Shown piece after piece: positions 19,618 to 27,412 of a stretch of DNA of 41,359 nucleotides. Position numbers and translations under genes: made by a program. Origin of the DNA: Sulfurimonadaceae bacterium (GTDB taxonomy: Bacteria; Campylobacterota; Campylobacteria; Campylobacterales; Sulfurimonadaceae); contig JBFESZ010000006.1 of NCBI GenBank assembly GCA_041548245.1, positions 1 to 41,359 of the forward strand, read 5' to 3'. The stretch's first letter is position 1. Each line of letters opens with the position of its first letter. The notes beneath the pieces are model-generated. The model did not search any database. It saw only the letters and a list, made by a program, of their open reading frames with translations, and was not told the origin of the DNA.

Positions 19618-20543
19618 ACCTTAAAAAAAGTACTCCTGTTACGTCCATTCTCCTTCGATCTGTAAAGTGCCTGATCGGCACTGTTGTAGATATCAAATTT
19701 TGTCATCTCTTTTTTACACCCACATGTTGCCACACCTATGGAAAGCGTAAGCCGTTCATACCCTTCATTGTATGCATGCTCAATATTAAGATCTGTAAGA
19801 GCTTGATGAATGTTACTGCTTAATGTTTTTATAAAATCATCTGATGTGTCATAAAGCAGAATAGAGAACTCTTCTCCGCCCAGACGAAACAAGTAATCCT
19901 CTGTACGATGCAACTGAGTTTGAAGGGTCCTTGCTACCGCCTGTAGAGCTTCATCGCCTTTGTGATGCCCGTAGTTATCGTTGTACTTTTTAAAATTGTC
20001 AATATCTATCATGAAAAAAGTCAGACTTTTTTCCTCAGATGAAGCCCGCAAATAAAAATGCTCAAATATCGTATCAAAATGTCGACGATTATAGATATTG
20101 GTCAAGGGATCTGTGATCGCTTTTTTCTTTCTTTCATCAGCTACGTGTTTTCGAATTAAATGAGCTTGAACTCTGGCGACAAGTTCATGCCCGTTGAATG
20201 GTTTTGCAATATAATCTATTGCCCCGTTCTCAAAACTTCTCTGTAATGTCTGTATGTCATTATTAGCCGTTACCATAATAATTGGTATATCTTCATAATG
20301 AATATCACTGGAAAGAAGTTTACAGGCCTCTGTTCCACTTATTTCTGGTAAAACGTATGATAATAGTATAAGATCGGGTCTTTCATCTTTTAACATTTCA
20401 ATAGCCGTCTTAATACTCGTAGCCGTAAAGACATGCTGAAATGTTTCTTTTTTTAAAATAGCTTTGATAAGGCCACTGCTGTTTTCCGAGTTATCAATGA
20501 TAAGTATCCTCATCGAATGAATATCAATATTGCTGTTCATCAC
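19614..20543 (-). CDS. Diguanylate cyclase with N-terminal (pseudo)receiver domain
   Basis: REC fold (ILIID, PIIMVT, KPF) plus GGDEF domain (DPLT..YNRR, DIDNFKKYND, RTED I-site, GGEEF). Confidence 0.92.
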   Translation of the reverse strand: MMNSNIDIHSMRILIIDNSENSSGLIKAILKKETFQHVFTATSIKTAIEMLKDERPDLILLSYVLPEISGTEACKLLSSDIHYEDIPIIMVTANNDIQTLQRSFENGAIDYIAKPFNGHELVARVQAHLIRKHVADERKKKAITDPLTNIYNRRHFDTIFEHFYLRASSEEKSLTFFMIDIDNFKKYNDNYGHHKGDEALQAVARTLQTQLHRTEDYLFRLGGEEFSILLYDTSDDFIKTLSSNIHQALTDLNIEHAYNEGYERLTLSIGVATCGCKKEMTKFDIYNSADQALYRSKENGRNRSTFFKV

Positions 20544-20609
20544 AATCTTTTATTATCAGTATAAAACATTCTAACACTATTTGGAAAAAATACAAAGAGA
20601 AAATAAGGC

Positions 20610-20629
20610 TTCCGGCGATTTTGCCGGAA
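20610..20629 (-). terminator. Probable intrinsic terminator after the cytochrome c peroxidase gene
   Basis: TTCCGGC..GCCGGAA stem followed on the minus strand by a U-rich tract. Confidence 0.55.
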
Positions 20630-20655
20630 ACTATAAAGGGAGATCAATATTGAGC

Positions 20656-21672
20656 CTAGTTCATATCCGGACGTGGTGTGTCACCAGTGCTTGCTGGGAG
20701 CTGTGGATAAACAACCTCAGGTTTCTTACCCTGAAGTGTTTTCAAGAATGTCTCTATCGATGCTGCTTCTTCATCACTGATATCTATCCCAAGCTGAATA
20801 CGTCCCATCTCAACAATTGCTTCTTTAAGTGTCCATATTGCGCCATTATGAAAATATGGTGCCGTCTGGGTCACATTTCTTAAAGTAGGGGCTTTGACAA
20901 GACCGTTTTTATCACCTTTGAAATCACCTATATCAGCATACTTATACTTGCCTGTAACACCAAAGGGCTGCATAGAACCACCAAGAGCAATGCCTGTATG
21001 ACATGTCGTACACCCTTTTTCTATAAAAGTCTTAAGTCCCTTTTTCGCGTCTTTGCTTATAGCATTTTCGTTTCCATTTAAATAATCGTCAAATGGTGCC
21101 GGTGTAACGAGTGTACGTTCAAAACTTGCAATGGTATCCGTAATTTTCTCATAATTGATAGTCACATCATTACCATACGCAACTTTGAACTCCGCAACAT
21201 ATTCAGGTATTGATGTGATTGTTTTAACCACATGCTCTTTTGTTGCTGCCATCTCTGGGCCTGCCAAAATCGGTCCTTGGGCCTGTTTTTCTAAATCCGG
21301 GTCTCTACCATCCCAAAACTGTGCATCCATAAATACGGCATTATATACGGTCGGCGAATTTAGATGATGTGGATTAGCTGTCCATTTATGGCCGATTGCT
21401 GCAGCAACACCATCAACACCACCTGTTCCTAGATTATGGCAGGTGTTACAGCTTATCAAACCGCTCTTGGAGATACGTGGTTCAAAGTAGAGCTTCTTTC
21501 CCAATTCAACCTTTGCCTTTGTAATAGGATTCTGAGGGTTATTTATAAGTTCTCTAAACTCTTTTGAATTCTTAGGAATCGCAATCAGACCTGCGTCTTT
21601 GGCTTGCTGTATCAATGCTGAACCCATTACTAAGCTTGCTGCTAATGTACTAATAACTACTGATTTGATCAT
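20656..21672 (-). CDS. ccpA: Di-haem cytochrome c peroxidase
   Basis: Signal peptide; two CxxCH motifs (CNTCH, CTTCH); NSPTVYNA, QFWDGR, PTLRNV..TAPYFHNG. Confidence 0.95.
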   Translation of the reverse strand: MIKSVVISTLAASLVMGSALIQQAKDAGLIAIPKNSKEFRELINNPQNPITKAKVELGKKLYFEPRISKSGLISCNTCHNLGTGGVDGVAAAIGHKWTANPHHLNSPTVYNAVFMDAQFWDGRDPDLEKQAQGPILAGPEMAATKEHVVKTITSIPEYVAEFKVAYGNDVTINYEKITDTIASFERTLVTPAPFDDYLNGNENAISKDAKKGLKTFIEKGCTTCHTGIALGGSMQPFGVTGKYKYADIGDFKGDKNGLVKAPTLRNVTQTAPYFHNGAIWTLKEAIVEMGRIQLGIDISDEEAASIETFLKTLQGKKPEVVYPQLPASTGDTPRPDMN

Positions 21673-21689
21673 ATTTATCCTTTTTTTGA

Positions 21690-22340
21690 TTATTTTTTAC
21701 TGCGTAAACGTGACTGATAGTCTTGAGGGTGCTTGCATACCGGACAGGCTTTAAGTGCTTTTTTACCTCTGTGAACATGTCCACATACCTCACATATCCA
21801 CTCATCTTCCTCATCGCTTTCATATTCATGTCCACTCTCAAGACGTTCAAGGAGTTCCCGGTACATCTTCTCATGTTCTACCTCAACCTTGCCTATTGCC
21901 TTGAAAATTCGTGCAGCTTCACTCTCTCCTTCTTCTTCAGCAATCTCTGCAAATTCGGGATACATGGTCAAGTTCTCGTAACTCTCACCTGATATTGCAT
22001 CCTTGAGGTTAGCTATTGTATCACCAAACTCCTGATTATTTTTCATCATATTATGAAGTTTGAGTTCAAGTTTAGCATGCTGCTTTTCGTTATCTGCTGC
22101 TCTTTGAAAATGTGCCGCTATATCTCTATACCCTTCTTTCTGAGCCACCTTTGCATAATACTCATATTTATTTCTGGCCATTGACTCTCCTGCAAACGCC
22201 TTGAGCAGGTTAACCATCGTAAGGCTTGTCGTTACACATTCCATTGCCTGCCCACAACAATGTAGTTCTCCGCCTCCAACATGGCTGACTTCCACTTCAT
22301 TTCCACACACAGAACATTTATATGTCTCATATTGCCGCAT
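21690..22340 (-). CDS. rbr: Desulforubrerythrin (desulforedoxin + rubrerythrin + rubredoxin domains)
   Basis: CSVCGN..LHCCG, AFAGES.A..KY, ExxH diiron motifs, CEVCG..CPVC; start set at ATG 22340 from the GAGGA RBS. Confidence 0.92.
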   Translation of the reverse strand: MRQYETYKCSVCGNEVEVSHVGGGELHCCGQAMECVTTSLTMVNLLKAFAGESMARNKYEYYAKVAQKEGYRDIAAHFQRAADNEKQHAKLELKLHNMMKNNQEFGDTIANLKDAISGESYENLTMYPEFAEIAEEEGESEAARIFKAIGKVEVEHEKMYRELLERLESGHEYESDEEDEWICEVCGHVHRGKKALKACPVCKHPQDYQSRLRSKK

Positions 22341-22523
22341 AATTTTCCTCCGTATAGATTTTAACGTCGTCATAAATTATAACGCTCTTCAATAAAATAC
22401 ATATATGATGTTTTTTTAAACGAAAAAATTAATATAGATAATATTTAGATCTGTATTCAAAACATGTGAGAAAATTTGATTTGAACTGTATTGCATTTGA
22501 TAAAGAGATAATGGAAGTGTTTA

Positions 22524-22560
22524 AAAAGAAAAAACAGTCAACACACCAGGGAGACTGTTT
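22524..22560 (-). terminator. Orphan intrinsic terminator-like hairpin
   Basis: Minus strand AAACAGTC-13 nt-GACTGTTT followed by TTTCTTTTT. Confidence 0.45.
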
Positions 22561-23013
22561 ATGCAGAATAATACCACAAGAATCTTACATAATACAAAAT
22601 CCTAATACCTATAAAAAAATATTTCATAAATTTCTAAGATACTCTCTTAAATTTATTTTGTTTAATCTAATAAAAAATAAATTTTTCATCTAAATGTGTA
22701 ATATTCACACGTTGTTCTAAGATGTGAACAACGTGAAAAAATAATTGCTTAAATCTATTTTATTCGACTTAATTTTTTATAAAAATATATTTATTTTTTC
22801 CTGAAATTTAACAATATCTGTTATGTCTATCTTCAACTGCTATCATTATACAACCCCTATAAACAGGGGTTTTTAGACAATAATCTCAATTAGTAAAGAT
22901 ATCATTATTATTAATATAAGTTTTAATTAGGAATCCTCACAAATCTTATTCACATCTTTCCTGAAACAGGGTGATTAGCAGTCTTGTTAATTGAATTATA
23001 TAAACTGAAAGCT

Positions 23014-23069
23014 CTGTAATATAGTTGTATTCAAAATGAGTTTAAATTGTAACCATATACTAATAGAAT
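23014..23069 (+). promoter_or_regulatory. Pho-box-like tandem repeats plus -10 element of the olsF promoter
   Basis: Heptamers at 11-bp period (CTGTAAT 23014, TTGTATT 23025, ATGAGTT 23036, TTGTAAC 23047); TAGAAT -10 at 23064, 10 nt after the last heptamer. Confidence 0.55.
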
Positions 23070-23106
23070 CCTTCTAAACATTATATGTGAATAAAAAGGA
23101 TTCGTC

Positions 23107-24846
23107 ATGATCTATGTTGAAGGAATGCTTCGCCAAAGCTACCCAGATCTTTATAATAAGATTCCATCTATTGCTTTACGACCAGGTATTGAACTTCTAA
23201 AAAAGCTCTTTCATGAGAAAGAGGTCAATACCTTTTTAAATAAACATGATCGTCTTACAGGTTTAGATTTTATTGAAGCTGTTTTAGAGTATCTACAAAT
23301 ATCCTATACGGTAAATCAGCAGCAGCTTGAAAATATTCCAGCAATCGGTAAAGCCATTGTCGTTGCCAATCATCCTCTTGGAGCCGCTGATGCCTTGTCC
23401 CTTATTAAGATGATAAGCAATGCACGCCAAGACAAGAAAGTAAAAATCGTTGCCAATCAGATGCTCTCTCATATCCCTCAACTGTCTGAACTCTTGATCT
23501 CTGTAGACAACATCAACGGAAAGCTAACACGTAAATCTCTTCACGCAATAAACAAGTCACTAGAGAATGAAGAGATTGTTATCTTCTTTCCTGCAGGTGA
23601 AGTCTCCCGTGCTTCGCTTAAGGGTATAAAAGACAGCTATTGGAAAAGCGGTTTTATCAAGATTGCCCAACGTACATCGGCACCGATTCTGCCCGTGTAT
23701 ATAAATGCCAAAAACTCATCACTTTTTTATACTCTCTCTTTTATATATAAACCTATAAGTGCGCTGTTGCTTGGACATGAGTTGATGCGTTCACGTAAAC
23801 CATTAGAGTTTAAGATCGGTGAGATTATTCCACACACCTCTTTCCAAAGTACACATCTCTTACCTAAACAGTATGCCCGTCTTTTCAGAAAGCATCTCTA
23901 TAGACTCGCAAAAGGACGTAAAAACTTATTGACAACAGAACAGTCAATCTCACATCCTGTGGATAGGCAGCAGTTAAGGTTTGAATTGAAGAGTATGGAA
24001 AGACTCGGTTCGACTACTGATGATAAAGCCATCTACCTTGTCGATGCTGAAGAAGCACCCACTGTCATCAAAGAGATTGGACGACTACGTGAATACACAT
24101 TTAGAAAAGTTGGTGAGGGTACCGGTACGAAACGTGATACTGACAAATATGATGATTATTATGCGCATTTGGTACTGTGGGATGATGAAGCCCTAGAGAT
24201 TGTTGGCGCTTATCGAATCGGTGAATGTTCCTGGATCATGTCTTGGCTTGGAAAAGAGGGTCTATACATGAATGAGCTGTGTAAGATTGATAATAGTCTT
24301 GATGATACACTGGACTCTGCCATTGAACTCGGACGAAGTTTTGTTCAGCCTAAATACTGGGGTTCACGTGCACTCGACTATCTATGGCAGGGTATTGGTG
24401 CCTATCTCTCCCATAATCCTCAGATAAGATACATGTATGGTCCCGTTTCAATAAGCAATAGCTATCCTAAAATTGCCAAAGATATCCTTGTCTACTTCTA
24501 TTCCACATACTTCAAACCTCATGCCGATATCGCCTTATCGGACAAGTCGTTTCAAGCGAACCATCCCTATATTCTTTCACGCAATACCAGAGCAGAGTTT
24601 GACCTACTCTTTGAAGGACAGAATTATTTTGAAGCTTTTCGAACGTTAAAGTCATACCTTAAAGGTCTTGAAGTCACTGTACCTACCCTTTATAAACAGT
24701 ATGCAGAGCTATGTGAAGAAGGTGGAGTTAACTTTTTTGACTTCGGTATTGATCCAAGTTTCAATAATGCCATTGATGGTTATTTACTCGTTGACCTGCA
24801 TAAACTCAAAGATGACAAAAGACGCCGTTATCTAATCCAAGAGTGA
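23107..24846 (+). CDS. olsF: Bifunctional acyltransferase, PlsC-like + GNAT (OlsB-like); probable ornithine lipid synthase OlsF
   Basis: N-terminal NHPLGAAD (HX4D) and FPAGEV; C-terminal EIGRLRE.TFR.VGEG, IVGAYR, ELGRSFV..YW, LDYLWQGIG, YGPVSIS and DFGIDP.F motifs. Confidence 0.8.
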   Translation: MIYVEGMLRQSYPDLYNKIPSIALRPGIELLKKLFHEKEVNTFLNKHDRLTGLDFIEAVLEYLQISYTVNQQQLENIPAIGKAIVVANHPLGAADALSLIKMISNARQDKKVKIVANQMLSHIPQLSELLISVDNINGKLTRKSLHAINKSLENEEIVIFFPAGEVSRASLKGIKDSYWKSGFIKIAQRTSAPILPVYINAKNSSLFYTLSFIYKPISALLLGHELMRSRKPLEFKIGEIIPHTSFQSTHLLPKQYARLFRKHLYRLAKGRKNLLTTEQSISHPVDRQQLRFELKSMERLGSTTDDKAIYLVDAEEAPTVIKEIGRLREYTFRKVGEGTGTKRDTDKYDDYYAHLVLWDDEALEIVGAYRIGECSWIMSWLGKEGLYMNELCKIDNSLDDTLDSAIELGRSFVQPKYWGSRALDYLWQGIGAYLSHNPQIRYMYGPVSISNSYPKIAKDILVYFYSTYFKPHADIALSDKSFQANHPYILSRNTRAEFDLLFEGQNYFEAFRTLKSYLKGLEVTVPTLYKQYAELCEEGGVNFFDFGIDPSFNNAIDGYLLVDLHKLKDDKRRRYLIQE

Positions 24847-25737
24847 GAGCGGATCTGTCGAGAACACATCTCTTGAACTAATGCAATATTCTGATCCATG
24901 TTTAAAGCAGAGTTGATTTGCATGCAACATCAACCTGCTCGCTCCACTTTTTTTAATACGTTCATCTTTACTTATCTCACGGTCTAAAAATCTGACGATA
25001 TCTTCTTCCGTCTGACCATAAATTGGATCACCAACGATGGGATGTTTCACGTGAAACAAATGTACTCGTATCTGATGCTGCCTACCTGTTAGTGGCGATG
25101 CTTCCACTAACGACATATCAAGCTCTTCATAGTAACGTAAACGTTTGAAACTTGTTTGTGAAGGCTTGCCTTCATCATGCACTCTAACAACCATTCTAAC
25201 AATTGCGCTTTCATCTTCACGTCTTAATAATGAAGCATCTACATATAGCTCATCTGGGAACTCACCGTGTACTAACGCAAGATAACTCTTTTTTATCTCA
25301 CGGTTTTCAAACATCATTTTCAAACTACGTTCAGATGTTTTATTCTTGGCTATCAATAACAATCCGCTTGTCTCTTGATCGATACGATGGGTTATATTAG
25401 CATCCCTACCGAAAGCATGTTTTGCTTCATCGATTACAGAGTACGGCGTATGTCTGTTTTGAGGATGGACGAGTACACCCGAAGGCTTGTCATAAACAGC
25501 AAAGTCATTAGTCTGGAAAATTGGTTGCAACCCTCTAGTCTCAGGCTCAAAGCATATAAAAGAGACCTTGCCTTCCAGGAAACCTGAAGTATGAGACATG
25601 ATCTCATCATTGACGCTCAGTCGACCCTTTGCAATTAAACGCTGAGCCTCTTTTTGTGTATAGTCAAGCTCTTTCATTAAAAAAAGAAATGCCTTTGTTC
25701 GCTCTTCAACAATATACTCTTTTCGAACAAATGGCAT
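24832..25737 (-). CDS. RluA/RluD-family pseudouridine synthase
   Basis: KPSGVLVHP, HRIDQETSG, TGRQHQIRVH, PIVGDPIY and LMLHA motifs. Confidence 0.93.
   Translation of the reverse strand: MPFVRKEYIVEERTKAFLFLMKELDYTQKEAQRLIAKGRLSVNDEIMSHTSGFLEGKVSFICFEPETRGLQPIFQTNDFAVYDKPSGVLVHPQNRHTPYSVIDEAKHAFGRDANITHRIDQETSGLLLIAKNKTSERSLKMMFENREIKKSYLALVHGEFPDELYVDASLLRREDESAIVRMVVRVHDEGKPSQTSFKRLRYYEELDMSLVEASPLTGRQHQIRVHLFHVKHPIVGDPIYGQTEEDIVRFLDREISKDERIKKSGASRLMLHANQLCFKHGSEYCISSRDVFSTDPLSLLD
25043..25058. promoter_or_regulatory. parS site (inside the pseudouridine synthase CDS)
   Basis: Perfect 16-bp palindrome TGTTTCACGTGAAACA. Confidence 0.9.
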
Positions 25738-25796
25738 GATATTCCTTCACTATTAATTGTCGTATTTTAACAAATAAGAGCTGAAGCTTACTCGTA

Positions 25797-25812
25797 TGTT
25801 TCACGTGAAACA
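25797..25812. promoter_or_regulatory. parS site (intergenic, between the rluA-family gene and purB)
   Basis: Perfect 16-bp palindrome TGTTTCACGTGAAACA. Confidence 0.92.
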
Positions 25813-25909
25813 ATGTTGTTAATACAAGAAGAGTAAACCTTTAACTAGAGACTAAGTGACACTTGGATAACATCACAATATTAAATCAACCCCATATAAG
25901 GTACAGATA

Positions 25910-27238
25910 ATGGTAGAACGCTACGCCAGAAAAGAGATGTCTGAGAAATGGACACAACATGCAAGATATGCAGCATGGCTTGAAGTTGAAAAAGCAGCCG
26001 TAAAAGCCTGGAACAAACTAGGGCTTATCCCTGACGAAGATTGTGAGAAGATCGTTAAAAATGCTACATTCTCAGTAGAAAGAATCGAAGAGATTGAAGC
26101 CGTAACCAAACATGACCTGATTGCATTTAATACAAGTGTATCGGAAAGCTTAGGTGAAGAGTCAAGATGGTTCCACTATGGTATGACAAGTTCAGATGCT
26201 GTTGATACAGGTGTAGCCCTTCAGATGAGAGACTCACTGAAGATCATCATCGATGATGTTCAAATGCTGATGGAGTCAATTAAAAAGCGTGCAGAAGAAC
26301 ATAAGTTTACATTGATGGTTGGACGTAGCCATGGCATACACGGTGAACCAATTACATTTGGCCTTACTCTTGCGGTATGGTATGATGAAGTCGCGCGTCA
26401 TCTTAAAAATCTTGAAGAGACGATGGAAGTGATATCTGTAGGACAAATATCTGGAGCGATGGGTAACTTTGCCCATGCACCACTTGAGCTTGAAGAGTAT
26501 GCCATGGCAGAGCTTGGATTAAAACCAGAGCCATGTTCTAACCAAGTCGTACACCGAGACAGATATGCGAGACTGGCCACTACATTAGCTCTGCTAGCAT
26601 CTTCCGTTGAGAAATTTGCCGTACAAATCAGACACCTACAAAGAACGGAAGTGTATGAAGCTGAAGAATATTTTGCAAAAGGGCAAAAGGGTAGTTCTGC
26701 GATGCCACACAAACGTAATCCTATCCTAACTGAAAATATTACAGGTTTGGCAAGAACAATTCGTTCTTTTGCCAATCCGGCTATGGAAAACGTTGCTCTT
26801 TGGCATGAACGTGACATCTCCCACTCAAGCAGTGAGCGTTTTTGGTTACCGGACGCTTTTATCACAACAGACTTCATGCTTCACCGTATGAACAATGTCA
26901 TAGCAAACCTGACAGTAATGCCGGAAAACATGATGAAAAACCTGAACCTTACCGGTGGTCTTGTTTTCTCTCAACGAGTATTGCTTGAACTACCTCTTCA
27001 AGGAGTAAGCCGTGAAGAAGCTTACAAGATTGTTCAGCGCAATGCCATGAAAGTATGGGAAGAGATCCAACAGGGCAAACCTACAACAAATGAAAAAGGT
27101 GAATCACTCTATCTCGGTCATCTATTGGCTGATGAAGAGCTACGCAGTAAACTCAGCGAAGAACAGATTCGTGAGTGCTTTAACTATGAGTATTATACAA
27201 AAAATGTAGACGCTATTTTCAAGCGCGTTTTCGGCTAA
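25910..27238 (+). CDS. purB: Adenylosuccinate lyase
   Basis: MVERY, HYGMTSSD, GRSHGIHGEP and GSSAMPHKRNP motifs. Confidence 0.97.
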   Translation: MVERYARKEMSEKWTQHARYAAWLEVEKAAVKAWNKLGLIPDEDCEKIVKNATFSVERIEEIEAVTKHDLIAFNTSVSESLGEESRWFHYGMTSSDAVDTGVALQMRDSLKIIIDDVQMLMESIKKRAEEHKFTLMVGRSHGIHGEPITFGLTLAVWYDEVARHLKNLEETMEVISVGQISGAMGNFAHAPLELEEYAMAELGLKPEPCSNQVVHRDRYARLATTLALLASSVEKFAVQIRHLQRTEVYEAEEYFAKGQKGSSAMPHKRNPILTENITGLARTIRSFANPAMENVALWHERDISHSSSERFWLPDAFITTDFMLHRMNNVIANLTVMPENMMKNLNLTGGLVFSQRVLLELPLQGVSREEAYKIVQRNAMKVWEEIQQGKPTTNEKGESLYLGHLLADEELRSKLSEEQIRECFNYEYYTKNVDAIFKRVFG

Positions 27239-27258
27239 CATAAAGTCATATTAACTAA

Positions 27259-27290
27259 AATAAACATCTATATTTTCATAGATGTTTATT
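27259..27290 (+). terminator. Hairpin after purB
   Basis: AATAAACATCTAT-6 nt-ATAGATGTTTATT, 13-bp perfect stem. Confidence 0.6.
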
Positions 27291-27412
27291 CCTCAAACTT
27301 TCCATAAAAACATATAAATATTTTCAATAATTACAGCTTTGTTTTAAAATTATCATGGTATATTCTCTTACAATAAAAGATCAAAAAAGTATCATAACGA
27401 GAGGTAATTTGA

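Noticed and set aside
19458-19823. 121-aa plus-strand ORF in the track
   Set aside because: It overlaps rlmN and the diguanylate cyclase; the 34-aa ORF in another frame has a far better RBS and composition.
22708-22740. ACGTGAAA half-site as a third parS
   Set aside because: Only a half match; the left arm is not parS-like.
22341-23106. AT-rich gap as oriC
   Set aside because: Campylobacterota oriC flanks dnaA, which is absent here. By eye, plus-strand intergenic DNA stays C-rich on both sides, so no GC-skew switch is apparent.
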